This document shows, one piece after another, positions 16,142 through 26,569 of a DNA stretch of 38,281 bases. The notes under the pieces are model-generated. The model was given only the letters and a program-made list of their open reading frames with translations, was not told the DNA's origin and did not search any database. Each line of letters opens with the position of its first letter. Position 1 is the stretch's first letter. The position numbers and the translations under genes are program-made. Source of the DNA: a virus (taxonomy: Duplodnaviria > Caudoviricetes); IMG/VR virus record IMGVR_UViG_3300010376_000021, positions 1 to 38,281 of that record; one strand, given 5' to 3'.

Positions 16142-17271
16142 TCACGCGCCCGGCCTACTGCTCGCGCGATGACGTCAAGCGGGCCATGGACCTGGAGGTC
16201 ACGACGGTCGATGACCGGCGGATCGACCGGGCGATCCAGTCGGTCGCCGAGACGATCGAGGGCCACCTCCACCGGTACTTCTACCCGCTGGACTCCACTC
16301 ATTTCCTCGACTGGCCGAACTGGCAGTACGCGTACCCGTGGACGTTCTGGTTTGACCAGCCGGGCGGCCATGACCTGTGGGTGATGACCCAGATGCAGTC
16401 GCCGTCGGGCACCACGATCCCGCTGTGGCAGGTGTTCCTGGAGCCCGTGAACCGCAAGCCGGGCTGGCCGTTCACGCGGATGGAGCTTGACCGGTCCACC
16501 ACGGCGGCATGGGGGGCGGGGCCGACTCCGCAGCACTCCATCTGGGTCACTGGCACGTGGGGCTGGTACAGCCCGGTGGCCGCCGGGACGCTGACGGCCA
16601 GCGCGGGCACCTCGGACGCGACGGTGATGGTCTCTGACGGATCACAGGCGGGCGCGGGTGACGTGCTGATCCTGGAGCCTGGCACTGCGGCTGCGCCGTT
16701 CCCGGCGTACCCGGGCACCGCGGGGGCGCTCGGGGCGGTCACGGGGGAGCGGTGCATTGTCACCGGCAAGAGCGCGGCGGCGACGGGGCTGACGCAGTCG
16801 GGTGCCGGCTGCTCGACGCAGTCTGCGTCCGACGTCGCGTTGTCAACGACGGGCAGCGGCATCCTGAACGTCGGCGAGGTGATCCTGCTCGACCAGGAGC
16901 AGATGCTCATCACCGACATCACGGGCAGCGTCGCGACGGTCAAGCGCGCATGGAACGGCACGATCCTGCAGTCGCACTCGGCGGCGACCGTGAACGCCTA
17001 CCGGCAGCTGAGCGTGCTGCGCGGCCAGCTTGGCACCACTGCGGCGTCCCACGCGCAGGCCTCGGCGGTTGCGGTTCACCGTGCGCCGGGGCTGATCCGG
17101 GACCTGTCCATCGCCGAGTCGCTGAACCGGGTGCTACAGGAGACGTCCGGCTACGCGCGGACTGCCGGCAGCGGCGAGGCGGCGATGCCCGCTCCGGGCC
17201 TGGGGCTGGCTGACTTGTGGGACGAGTGCGAGACGACGTTCGGCCGCAAGGGAAGGATCCGCGCCATATGA
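16132..17271 (+). CDS. Head-tail adaptor/connector with inserted beta-domains
   Basis: AYCSRDDVKRA...IEGHLHRYFYP, VTGTWG, PGLIRDLSIAE; position. Confidence 0.75.
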   Translation: MAVITRPAYCSRDDVKRAMDLEVTTVDDRRIDRAIQSVAETIEGHLHRYFYPLDSTHFLDWPNWQYAYPWTFWFDQPGGHDLWVMTQMQSPSGTTIPLWQVFLEPVNRKPGWPFTRMELDRSTTAAWGAGPTPQHSIWVTGTWGWYSPVAAGTLTASAGTSDATVMVSDGSQAGAGDVLILEPGTAAAPFPAYPGTAGALGAVTGERCIVTGKSAAATGLTQSGAGCSTQSASDVALSTTGSGILNVGEVILLDQEQMLITDITGSVATVKRAWNGTILQSHSAATVNAYRQLSVLRGQLGTTAASHAQASAVAVHRAPGLIRDLSIAESLNRVLQETSGYARTAGSGEAAMPAPGLGLADLWDECETTFGRKGRIRAI

Positions 17272-17681
17272 GCGGCACGCTGAAGGTCCGCGTGGACGCG
17301 GTGATCACCGGCCCGATAGCTGACGGCCGCGCCAGCGACGCCACCATGGAGTGGGCGGAGAGGGTCACGGGGCGGCTCGGCGAGCGTGCGGTGGAGCTGC
17401 TGCGCGACTTCCCGATGGACAAGTCGGGCCGGTCGACCGGCGCGTTCGGCGAGCGGCTGTCCGCCGAGCGGGTGTCGTCCACCGAGACGCGCGTCAAGGG
17501 GCCGCAGGAGCGCGGCGTCGTCTGGTCGCCGTGGCTGGAGGGCACCACCAAGCGCAACGAGTCCACCGGCTTCAAGGGCTACCGGCTGTTCAGCAAGACG
17601 CGGCGCCAGCTCAACGACGAGGCGACCGAGATCGGGCAGCAGGTGCTCGACGAGGTGCTGCCTGAGATGGGCGGTGAGTGA
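17268..17681 (+). CDS. Neck / tail completion protein
   Basis: VVWSPWLEGT...TGFKGY; position; ATGA overlap. Confidence 0.65.
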   Translation: MSGTLKVRVDAVITGPIADGRASDATMEWAERVTGRLGERAVELLRDFPMDKSGRSTGAFGERLSAERVSSTETRVKGPQERGVVWSPWLEGTTKRNESTGFKGYRLFSKTRRQLNDEATEIGQQVLDEVLPEMGGE

Positions 17682-18133
17682 TGGACCCGTCCGCCCTGTT
17701 CGCCGCGATGGAGTCCACGGCGCAGAAGCTCGGCGTGTTCAGCCAGGTGATCCTCCATGAGCCCAAGGCGGCGCCGCAGTCGCTGCCCGCTCTGGCGCTA
17801 TGGCTCGGCCCGCTGACGCCGCTCGGCGCGGCATCAGGGCTATCCGCCACGGCGGTGCGGGTGGCGCTGCGTGGCCGGATCTACGTCTCCGACCTGCAAA
17901 AGCCGGAGGACGCGATCGACGCGAAGCTGCTGGCGCTAGCGTCGCAGCTGCTCGGCGCGTTCAGTGGCTCGTTCACCCTCGGCGGGCAGGTTGAGCTGAT
18001 CGACCTGCTCGGCATCTACGGCGAGGCGATGTCGTCGTCACCGGGCTACCTGAACCACGACGGCATGTTCTACCGCGTCCAGGAACTGACCTTCCCGCTG
18101 ATCATCGACGCATTGTGGGTGCAGGCACCATGA
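17678..18133 (+). CDS. Tail terminator-like protein
   Basis: HEPKAAP, FTLGG...IDLLG, PLIIDALWVQAP; position. Confidence 0.7.
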   Translation: MMDPSALFAAMESTAQKLGVFSQVILHEPKAAPQSLPALALWLGPLTPLGAASGLSATAVRVALRGRIYVSDLQKPEDAIDAKLLALASQLLGAFSGSFTLGGQVELIDLLGIYGEAMSSSPGYLNHDGMFYRVQELTFPLIIDALWVQAP

Positions 18134-19074
18134 GCAAGCAATCAGGCCTCGGCGCCCGGTTCCTGGTGGGCGGCTACGACATCTCCGGCGACGTTGGGGC
18201 CATCGACCAGATCCACGGCGGCCCGGCGCTGCTGGACGTCACGGACATCACCCAGTCGGCTCACTCCCGGATCGGCGGCCTGCGCGACGGGACCATCGGG
18301 TTCACGACGTACATGGACCCGGCGGGCTCGCATCCCGTGCTGGCCGCGCTCCCGACGGCTGATGAGCAGATGATGGCGTTGCTGCCGCCACTTGCGGTGA
18401 GCAGCCTGAACCTGGCCGCCTGCCTGGTCGCCAAGCAGGTGAACTACGACCCGACCAGGGGAAATGACGGCGCGCTGACGAACAAGACCGAGGGCCAGGG
18501 GAACGCCTTCGGGGTGGAGTGGTGCATGCCGCTGACTCCTGGCGTGCGCCCCGATACGGGGGCAACTAATGGCGCCACCCTGGACTGCGGCAACGGGTTC
18601 AGCACGCCGGCCGTCCCCGCTAGCGGCACGCCGGTCACGAACACGTCGCCGCTGCCGGCCACGGTGGTCACGAGCGGCGGCACGCTGACGTCGGTCACGG
18701 TCAACGGCACCAGCGTGGGCACGGGCGGCACCTACACGGTCCCGGCCGGCGGCGTCATCGTCGTCAGCTACAGCGCGGCGCCGACGTGGGCGTGGACGCT
18801 TCAGACGGCATGGGGCGCGCAGGCGTACCTGCAGGTCACCCAGTTCACCGGCACGTCGGTGACAGTAACGGTCCAGCACGCCCCCGATGGCTCGACCTGG
18901 ACCACGCTGCTGACGTTCGCTGCCGTATCGGCCGCGCCCGCGACGCAACGCGTGACGGTCAGCAACACCACGACAGTCCAGCGGTACCTGCGCGCGATCA
19001 CCACGGGCACGTTCAGCGCGGCCAGTCTCGCGGTCGCGCTGAACCGGAACATGTCGGCGGGGGTGAGCTTCTTA
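18130..19074 (+). CDS. Tail tube-like structural protein; ends at in-frame TTA (19072-19074)
   Basis: MSKQSGLG...DVTDITQSAHSRIGGLRDG; after AGVSF-TTA the frame reads as off-frame sequence overlapping two other genes. Confidence 0.8.
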
Positions 19075-19505
19075 TGGGCCTGGCGATGCCGCCGCTCCCG
19101 CCGCCCTTGTGGGAGTACGAGGGCCGCCACTACCGGGTCCACATGCCAAAGGACGTCACCATCAAGGTGGCCTGCGAGGACTTCGGGTGCGACCAGTGGC
19201 GCTCCGGCTGGGACACGGTGTGCGACGAGTCGTCCAGGGAAGGCGCGCTGGTCGCGAACTGGATACGCTCCGGCCAGTCGGGGCGCACGTTCACCGAGAG
19301 AGCTACCTGGAATGAGGGCCGCGCGGTCGCCGTGTTCCGCTTCGATCGCGGCCAGCGCTGCTTCAACGAGCACCGCACGCGTCCCGGACGTGCGCTGGTC
19401 ATGCGCCGCGGGCGCGTCCTGCGCGAGCACTCTTCCCTCGCCGACCTGGCGGAGGACTACACCGAGCATGTCGGCCGCCTGGCCGAGCAAGAGAAGAGAG
19501 GGTGA
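19074..19505 (+). CDS. Conserved Cys-containing tail-region protein
   Basis: ACEDFGCDQWRSGW...FRFDRGQRCFNEH; ATG within TTATG; SD GGGGGTG. Confidence 0.75.
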   Translation: MGLAMPPLPPPLWEYEGRHYRVHMPKDVTIKVACEDFGCDQWRSGWDTVCDESSREGALVANWIRSGQSGRTFTERATWNEGRAVAVFRFDRGQRCFNEHRTRPGRALVMRRGRVLREHSSLADLAEDYTEHVGRLAEQEKRG

Positions 19506-19508
19506 CCC

Positions 19509-19925
19509 ATGGCCAAGACGTCTGGGTTGGGTGCGCAGGTCCAGGTGGCGGACGCTGGCGGCACCCAGCGCGACTTCAGCAACGACCTCACGGACTGGAC
19601 GCTCGCGACGCCGATCGCGATGCAGGACACCACGGGCATCGACAAGTCCGCGCATGAGCGGCTGGCGTTGCTGAGGGACCTGACGGCGCAGCTGAAGGGC
19701 GTGTGCAACTTCGCGGCGAACATGTCGCACGCCGTGCTGTCGACGGCGACGACCAGCGCGATCAACCGGGCCTCGTCGATCGCGCCGACGAGCAACCACG
19801 GCACGCCGATCATGACGTTCAACGCGCTCATCGGCAGCTACAACATCACCCGCGGCACCGACGGCGCGCTCACGTTCCAGAGCGACCTGTCGCTGGCGGA
19901 TGGCGCGCTGCCGACGTGGGCCTGA
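19509..19925 (+). CDS. Major tail tube-like protein (paralogue of the 18130 N-terminus)
   Basis: MAKTSGLG...QDTTGIDKSAHERLALLRD...LADGALPTWA. Confidence 0.75.
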   Translation: MAKTSGLGAQVQVADAGGTQRDFSNDLTDWTLATPIAMQDTTGIDKSAHERLALLRDLTAQLKGVCNFAANMSHAVLSTATTSAINRASSIAPTSNHGTPIMTFNALIGSYNITRGTDGALTFQSDLSLADGALPTWA

Positions 19926-20350
19926 TGGGCGGCTTCGAGGCGCCGGGCACCGGCACCGTCCTGGACTTCGCGGGCACGCAGTACGAGGGCCTGGAGGTCA
20001 CGGTCGACGCCGTGTCGACGGGCCTGATGCTCGACATCCTCGAGCACTACGAGGCTGTCGCGGCCGAGGGCGTGACGATGGCGCAGGCGAGGCCCGCGAT
20101 CCAGGCGCTGTTCGAGGGCTTCTCCTCGGTGCTGGAGTCCTGGAACGTCACCCGCAAGGGCGAGCCGGTCCCGGCGACGCTCGAGGGGATCCGGTCGCTG
20201 GACATCACGTTCGTGATGAAGGTCATCGAGGCCTGGATCTCCGGCACGACGTCGGCGCCGCCGGAGCTGGGAAAAGGCTCCAGCTCTGGCGGGACCTCGC
20301 TGGAGGCAGTGACAGCAGCGGCCGCCCTGTCGTCAAGCCTGCCGAGCTGA
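19925..20350 (+). CDS. Tail assembly chaperone (G)
   Basis: LESWNV...PVPATLEGI; precedes tape measure; TGATG overlap. Confidence 0.8.
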   Translation: MGGFEAPGTGTVLDFAGTQYEGLEVTVDAVSTGLMLDILEHYEAVAAEGVTMAQARPAIQALFEGFSSVLESWNVTRKGEPVPATLEGIRSLDITFVMKVIEAWISGTTSAPPELGKGSSSGGTSLEAVTAAAALSSSLPS

Positions 20351-20487
20351 CGCGGGCGGAGATCGTGATCGGCCTGTGCGACCGCTGGCACAAGACGCCG
20401 CCGGAGATCCTCGCGATGCCGGCGTGGGCGCTGCGCATGGTCGACGTGTACGAGCTGGGCCACCGGAGGGAGGACGAGGATGGCTGA
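20269..20487 (+). CDS. Tail assembly chaperone GT extension via -1 frameshift at GGGAAAA (20269-20275)
   Basis: CTG GGA AAA slippery site; -1 frame open to 20487 (KPAELTRAEIVIGLCDRWHKTP). Confidence 0.8.
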   Translation, partial: GKRLQLWRDLAGGSDSSGRPVVKPAELTRAEIVIGLCDRWHKTPPEILAMPAWALRMVDVYELGHRREDEDG

Positions 20488-22636
20488 GAACTACGTCGCG
20501 ATACGCATCAAGGCAGCCGACGACGCCAAGCCTGACCTCACCGAGCTGAAGGCCAGGCTGGACGAGCTGAAGGCCGAGCGCGCCGACGTCAAGGTCGACC
20601 TCGAGGACAAGGACGCGGTCGCGAAGGCCGCCGCGCTGGATGCGCGGATCGACGCCCTCAGCAAGCGCGTGGCCAGCCCGCGGATCGACCTGGCGGGCGC
20701 GTCGCGCGCCGTGGCGGAGCTGGCCGCGGTCGACGCGGCGATGCACCGCACCGAGGCGGAAAGCACCGTCAGGGACAAGCTGGCGATGACCGGGGCGAAC
20801 CTCGGCAAGGGCGTCGGCCTGTTCGGCCTGGGCTCGCTCGCCCTGTCGGCGGCGGGCCCGCTGGCTGCCGCCGGGCTCGCGGTGGGCGCGTTCGGGGCGG
20901 TCGCCATCCCGGTCCTGACGAAGATCGGGACGGCGCAGACGGCGCTGACGGCGGCCCAGCAACAGTACAACAAGGTCGCGGCCAATGAGAGCATCCAGCT
21001 GGCGGCGGCGACAACCGCCAAGCAGCGTGCGTCCATCGAGGTCGCCGCGAGCAAGCAGCGGGCGATGGCGCTGGACGCCGAGAAACAGGCGACGGCTGGG
21101 CTGACCAGCCAGCAAAAGGGCCTGATGGGGCAGGTCTCGCAGCTGTCTGGCATGTGGAGCAAGGTGGAGGCCGCGCTGACGCCGGTCGTCGTCAACGTCG
21201 CCAAGGTGGCGCTGTCCGTGGCGCAGGACCTGATGCCGGCGTTCCAGGCGCTGGCGTCCGTTGGCGGAAACGCGCTGGAGACGATCCTCGGCTACCTCGG
21301 GCAGTTCGTCCGCACGCCGTTCTTCGCGGGCTTCATCAAGGAGATGACCCAGCTGGCCGACCAGGTCGCGCCGCTGCTCGGCCAGTCGCTGGTAGGGGTG
21401 CTCCAGGTGTTCGCGCAGCTCTTCGAGCAGGCGGGCCCGGCCGGGGTGCAGCTGCTGCAGGTCCTGCTGCCGCTGATCGTCCAGCTAGCCGGGGACCTGG
21501 TGCCGGTGATCGCCGCCGTGACCAAGGTGGTCGTCGCGGTCCTGCAGTGGCTGGAGAAGACGCACCTGCTGCTGCCCGTCCTGGCGCTGGTCGCGATAGC
21601 GATCCTGACGATGGAGGCGCCTATCGCCGCTGTCGTGGCCGCCGTGGCGATCCTCATCGCGATCGGGGTGGAGCTGGCGAAGAACTGGCACAAGATCTGG
21701 GGCGACATCCGCAACTGGATCGAGGACGTGTGGAACTGGATCAAGGGCCACTGGCCGCTGCTGCTGGGCATCCTGACGGGGCCGATCGGGCTTGCGGCGG
21801 CGTGGATCATCCAGCACTGGCGGCAGATCACCCACGTCTTCAGCGAGGTCATTGACTGGATTAAGGGCCACTGGAAGGTCATCCTCGCGTGGCTGGTCGA
21901 CCCCATCGGAATGGCCGTCTACGAGATCCGTACCCACACGCATGAAATCGCGCAGACGTTCGACAAGTTGCGCCACGACATAGCGTCGATCCTGGGCGGC
22001 CTGCGCCACGACGTCGCGTCCGCGTTCGACTCGGTGCGCCACGAGGCGGCGACGCTGGCCGACGACGCCCGCCACGCGGTGGCGTCGGCGTGGGACGGCC
22101 TGCGGCACGACACGGCCGCCGCGCTCGACGGCGTGGTGCACTGGTTCTCCCTGCTGCCGGGGCGGGTGCTGCACGAGCTGGCGGCGCTCCCGGGGCAGAT
22201 GCTCTCCATCGGCCGCAACGTCATCGACGGGCTGATCCACGGCATCGAGTCGGCGGCGGCCGACATCCCTGGCATCATGAAGAGCCTCGCCGGCGACGTC
22301 GAAAGCTACTTCACGAACCCGCTGAAGATCTTCTCCCCGTCGCGCGTGTTCTTCGAGCACGGGCAGGACATCGTGCAGGGCGCGGTGCTCGGCGTGCAGG
22401 CCGGGGCGCCGCGGCTGACCCAGGCGATGGGGCGGCTGGCGGGCGGCGTCGCGGCTGGCGGCCTAGGCCGTACCGGCTACGGCGGCTACGGCGGCGCTGC
22501 GGGCGGCGGGGCGATCATCCTGGAGTTCCACGGCAGCAGCCAGCTGGACGAGGCGATGTGGAAGTGGCTGCGGCAGGGCGTCCGCGTCCAGGGCGGCGAC
22601 CCGGACATGTTCCAGAGGAAGGTCGTGTTCCAGTGA
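20480..22636 (+). CDS. Tape measure protein
   Basis: 718 aa, Ala-rich, with periodic Trp/Phe repeats; follows the chaperones. Confidence 0.9.
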   Translation: MAENYVAIRIKAADDAKPDLTELKARLDELKAERADVKVDLEDKDAVAKAAALDARIDALSKRVASPRIDLAGASRAVAELAAVDAAMHRTEAESTVRDKLAMTGANLGKGVGLFGLGSLALSAAGPLAAAGLAVGAFGAVAIPVLTKIGTAQTALTAAQQQYNKVAANESIQLAAATTAKQRASIEVAASKQRAMALDAEKQATAGLTSQQKGLMGQVSQLSGMWSKVEAALTPVVVNVAKVALSVAQDLMPAFQALASVGGNALETILGYLGQFVRTPFFAGFIKEMTQLADQVAPLLGQSLVGVLQVFAQLFEQAGPAGVQLLQVLLPLIVQLAGDLVPVIAAVTKVVVAVLQWLEKTHLLLPVLALVAIAILTMEAPIAAVVAAVAILIAIGVELAKNWHKIWGDIRNWIEDVWNWIKGHWPLLLGILTGPIGLAAAWIIQHWRQITHVFSEVIDWIKGHWKVILAWLVDPIGMAVYEIRTHTHEIAQTFDKLRHDIASILGGLRHDVASAFDSVRHEAATLADDARHAVASAWDGLRHDTAAALDGVVHWFSLLPGRVLHELAALPGQMLSIGRNVIDGLIHGIESAAADIPGIMKSLAGDVESYFTNPLKIFSPSRVFFEHGQDIVQGAVLGVQAGAPRLTQAMGRLAGGVAAGGLGRTGYGGYGGAAGGGAIILEFHGSSQLDEAMWKWLRQGVRVQGGDPDMFQRKVVFQ

Positions 22637-23142
22637 AGGTCTCCGCGTACACGGCGCTGACCGCCCCGGCGGCTAATGACCTGCTGGTGGTCGTGGACGT
22701 TGACGACCTGACGCAGGCGGCGTCCGGCACGACGAAGAGCATCACGGTGGCGGCGCTGCTGGGCACTGCCGGGGTGGGCATGACGCTGCAGGCCGCCACG
22801 CCGGCGGCCGGCTACACGCTGGTCAACGGCACGGGCGCGGTCATCTCGTGGAGCGTGCCGAATGACGGCAGCAACCACCGCTTCGCGATCTGGGCCAACC
22901 TCCACGTCGCTACCGCCGAGACCGGCGGCCTGATCCAGGTCGAGTACACCGGGCCGTGGGTGGGCGCCAGCACCCACTTCGGGCAGGTGTTCGCGGCCGG
23001 GCTGGCGGCCGACACGACTGGCCAGAATCCGCCGGGCCTGTGGAACACGATCGTGGCACCGGGGAGCACGGTCACCATCGCGCAGACGTCCGCCCTCACC
23101 GCCGGCGCGGCCACCATGTGGGCCGAGATCTGGGGCAGCTAG
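22633..23142 (+). CDS. Minor tail / fibre-like protein
   Basis: GTGA overlap; ALTAPAANDLLVVVD...TTKSITVAALLG. Confidence 0.65.
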   Translation: MKVSAYTALTAPAANDLLVVVDVDDLTQAASGTTKSITVAALLGTAGVGMTLQAATPAAGYTLVNGTGAVISWSVPNDGSNHRFAIWANLHVATAETGGLIQVEYTGPWVGASTHFGQVFAAGLAADTTGQNPPGLWNTIVAPGSTVTIAQTSALTAGAATMWAEIWGS

Positions 23143-26001
23143 ATGGCGATCATCACCGATGAGGCCGCCGGGCCGCTCCTCGACGAGAGCGGCAAGTACC
23201 TCTACGACGAGCTAGGGGCGCCGTTCCCTCTGGTGCCGCTGGACCTGGAGTGCGATCTCCTGCTCAACGGGGCGTGGACGATCGCCACGAGCTACCTGTA
23301 CCAGCGGGACGGCCAGCAGTCCCCGGTGGTGATCACGCGGGGCCGCCAGGACGGCACGAGCAAGGCGACGCCCGGGAGCGCGGCGTTCGAGGTGAATAAC
23401 AGGTCGGGCAACTGGAGTCCCAAGAACCCGCTCGGCGCGTGGTACGGGCAGCTCGGGCGCAACACCCCGGTACGGCTGTCGGTGCCGGCGCTGAACAACT
23501 ACCTGCGTACCGAGGTGGACCTGGCGTCGGGAGCGGCGTGCCCGAATGCGGTGCCGCTGCAGATCAGCGGGGACCTGGACGTGCGCGCTGACATCCGGCT
23601 GACGGACTGGGAGGGGACCGGGTCGGGGCTCAACATCGCTGGGGCAGGGTGGGCGGCGGGGCCGGGGCAAGAGGGATGGATGCTCGGGCTGTCGTCCAAC
23701 GGCACCGGGGTGGCGGTGCTGAACTGGTCGCCGGACGGGTCGGCGCAGCTTTTTGCCCGGTCAACGGTTCCGGTGCCGCTAGGGCGCGTCGTGCTGCGCG
23801 CCACGCTGCAGGTGAGCACCGGCACCGTGACGTTCTACACGGCGGCAGCCGGGAACATCAGCTCCGGCCCGTGGACGATGCTGGGGACGCCAGTGGCGTC
23901 CGGGGCGACGACGCTGCACGCGGCGACCCTGGGGCTCAAGCTGGGCGGCGCTATCGAGGGATCGGGATTCTACGGGGCGCTGTTCGCGGTTGAGGTCCTG
24001 TCCGGCATCGGCGGGACCGTGGTGGCGTCGCCGTCGTTCAGCTCGCAGCCCGCCGGGACGACGTCGTTCCCGGACCCGCAGGGCAACACCTGGACGCTGG
24101 GGGGCACGGCGGAGGTCTCCAGCCGCGACTACCGCTACCATGGCCAGCTGTCCAGCCTGCCGCCCACGTGGGATAGCACCGGGACCGACGTCAGCGTCAA
24201 GGTCACGTCCGGCGGGGTGCTGCGCAGGCTCGGGCAGGGGACGACGCCGACGCAGTCGCCGATGCGCCGGGCTATCGCTCTGCAGTCCGGGACGCTGGCG
24301 CCGGTGCAGTACTGGCCTTGCGAGGACGCGTCCGGGGGCGCCGCGTTCGGCAGCGCGACCTCCGGCCCGCTGATGACGTTCGACGGGGCGCCGAAGCTCG
24401 CCGCGGACTCGTCGTTCGCCGCCAGCGCGCCATTGCCGCAGCTGAACGGCTCCCGCTGGGTAGGGCGGGTGCCCTCGTACGCCTCCAACGGGGCGATCGT
24501 CGTCCGCTGGCTGCAGAAGGCCGGGACAGCGCCGGCGTCCACGACGCCGCTGGTGCAGCTCGTCACGACGGGCACCAGCACTGAGGTCACGCTGAGCTAC
24601 CTGTCTACCGGCTTCGTGAACGTCATCGGGAACAACTCCGGCGGCAACGTGTTCACGTCGGGTTCCATCACGGCGCCGGGCGGCGCCACCTACGCCGGGC
24701 TTGACCTGTGGATGTCGCTGGACATTACCGTGTCGGCCGGCACGGTCACGGTGAACCTGAACATGATGGCGCCGGGTGGCGCGCAGTCCGGCGTGACCGT
24801 GGGCACCTTCTCAGGCAGCGTCGGCAACGTCAAGGCCGTCTACGTCAACCCGTCGGGGGCGCTCCCCGACACGGTCGTCGGCCACATCTCAGTACAGTCC
24901 GCCGAGTCGCCGCTGTTCAGCCTGCAGCTGCCTTTGAATGCCTGGATCGGCGAGGCGGCGGCCACGCGCTTCGCCCGCGTTTGCTCGGAGAACGGCATCG
25001 CGGCCCGTGTCGTCGGGCCGCCCGCGACGACCACCTCGATGGGCGCCCAGCCGGTCGATACCGTGCTCAACATCCTGCAGGAGTGCGAGACTGCCGACCG
25101 GGGCCTGATCTACGAGCCGCGACAGGTCCTGGGCCTGGCCTACCGGACGCTCGCGTCCATGCTCAACCAGTCGCCGCTGCAGCTGGACTACTCCCAGGCC
25201 GAGCTTGGCGGGACTGGCTCGCAGCTGGAGCCGTACTACGACGACCAGTGGGTGCGCAACGACGAGACGGTGACGCGCGGCAGCAGCGGGGCCTCGTCCA
25301 CCCAGGGCGCCACGTACCAGTTTGCGCTGAACGACGGATCGGCGATGTCGGTTGGCGTCATCGGCGACTACGACAACAGCGACACGGTCAACTGCCAGTA
25401 CGACACCGAGGTCCCGCACCTGGCCAGCTGGATCGTGCACGTCGGCACGGTGGACGAGGCTCGCTGGCCGGTGATCCCGGTCAACCTGGCGCGGCAGGCG
25501 ATCCAGGGCGCCAGCCTGTACTACCCGCTGCTACAGCTCGACGTCGGCGACTACCTGCAGCTGCTCAACATGCTCGGCGTAATCGTCGCCGACCCGGTCA
25601 GGCAGCTGCTGCCCGGGATGAAGGAGTCGTTCGGCGGGTTCCATCACCAGCTGGAGCTGAACTGCATCCCCGAGAGCCCGTACGAGGTGGTCGTCCTTGA
25701 CGACCCGGTGCGCGGCCGGTGCGACACCGACGGGTCGACCCTGTCGGCGGGGGTCAACTCGACGGCGGCGACGCTGTCGGTCGCGACGACGAATGCCGCG
25801 TCGCCGCTGTGGACGACCAGCGCCGCCGACTTCCCCTTCGACATCGCCCTCACGGGCGAGCGGATGACGGTCACGAACATCACGGGCGCGAGCTCGCCGC
25901 AGAGCTTCACCGTGACCCGCAGCGTCAACGGCGTCGTCAAGCCCCAGGCCGCCGGCGCCGACGTGCGCCTGTGGCTGCCCCCGATCCTGAGCCTGGCCTA
26001 G
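23143..26001 (+). CDS. Large minor tail protein (tail tip/hub with lectin-like inserts)
   Basis: ITRGRQD...NNRSGNWSPKNP, YWPCED, ECETADRGLIYE; 952 aa. Confidence 0.8.
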   Translation: MAIITDEAAGPLLDESGKYLYDELGAPFPLVPLDLECDLLLNGAWTIATSYLYQRDGQQSPVVITRGRQDGTSKATPGSAAFEVNNRSGNWSPKNPLGAWYGQLGRNTPVRLSVPALNNYLRTEVDLASGAACPNAVPLQISGDLDVRADIRLTDWEGTGSGLNIAGAGWAAGPGQEGWMLGLSSNGTGVAVLNWSPDGSAQLFARSTVPVPLGRVVLRATLQVSTGTVTFYTAAAGNISSGPWTMLGTPVASGATTLHAATLGLKLGGAIEGSGFYGALFAVEVLSGIGGTVVASPSFSSQPAGTTSFPDPQGNTWTLGGTAEVSSRDYRYHGQLSSLPPTWDSTGTDVSVKVTSGGVLRRLGQGTTPTQSPMRRAIALQSGTLAPVQYWPCEDASGGAAFGSATSGPLMTFDGAPKLAADSSFAASAPLPQLNGSRWVGRVPSYASNGAIVVRWLQKAGTAPASTTPLVQLVTTGTSTEVTLSYLSTGFVNVIGNNSGGNVFTSGSITAPGGATYAGLDLWMSLDITVSAGTVTVNLNMMAPGGAQSGVTVGTFSGSVGNVKAVYVNPSGALPDTVVGHISVQSAESPLFSLQLPLNAWIGEAAATRFARVCSENGIAARVVGPPATTTSMGAQPVDTVLNILQECETADRGLIYEPRQVLGLAYRTLASMLNQSPLQLDYSQAELGGTGSQLEPYYDDQWVRNDETVTRGSSGASSTQGATYQFALNDGSAMSVGVIGDYDNSDTVNCQYDTEVPHLASWIVHVGTVDEARWPVIPVNLARQAIQGASLYYPLLQLDVGDYLQLLNMLGVIVADPVRQLLPGMKESFGGFHHQLELNCIPESPYEVVVLDDPVRGRCDTDGSTLSAGVNSTAATLSVATTNAASPLWTTSAADFPFDIALTGERMTVTNITGASSPQSFTVTRSVNGVVKPQAAGADVRLWLPPILSLA

Positions 26002-26008
26002 GAGGACC

Positions 26009-26524
26009 ATGACCGCCGTATCCGCCCTGCTCGCCGGGTCCAGGCTGCTCGCCGCCGAGCTGCAGGGCGTTGCGCCGGCGCCGGCGTTCAAGGGCGCCAA
26101 CCAGTCAGTGACGAACAGCACGACGCTCGTCAACGACAGCGCGCTGTTCCTGCCGCTGACGGCGAACGGAACTTGGATATTCATCGGGTACCTCAGTGCT
26201 CTCTCTACTGTCGCCATGGGTTCCGGGGATTTGAAGATTGACTTCACGTGGCCATCCGGGGCATCTGGATCTTGGACGTCCGGCGGGTTCGCCGCGAGCG
26301 CTGGGGGAAGCGCGAACTGGAACGCCGTCCGCACCGCGTCCGGGGGCACCGCAGACGGCATTGGCGTCGGGACAACCCCCGTCCCCGCCATCATCCTCGG
26401 GTCCATCATCATGGGCAGCACTGCGGGCAACCTGCAGTTGGAATTCGCCCAGAACTCCGCGTCTTCCGGCAACAGCATCACCGTGCAATCTGGGTCATGG
26501 CTAGCCGCCTGGCAGATCGCCTAA
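26009..26524 (+). CDS. Minor tail / receptor-binding-like protein
   Basis: SVTNSTTLVND...LQLEFAQNSASS...VQSGSWL; SD AGGAGG. Confidence 0.75.
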   Translation: MTAVSALLAGSRLLAAELQGVAPAPAFKGANQSVTNSTTLVNDSALFLPLTANGTWIFIGYLSALSTVAMGSGDLKIDFTWPSGASGSWTSGGFAASAGGSANWNAVRTASGGTADGIGVGTTPVPAIILGSIIMGSTAGNLQLEFAQNSASSGNSITVQSGSWLAAWQIA

Positions 26525-26569
26525 ACAAAGGGAGAAGTAAATGCGGCAGCGGCTTGACCGGAGGCGCGG

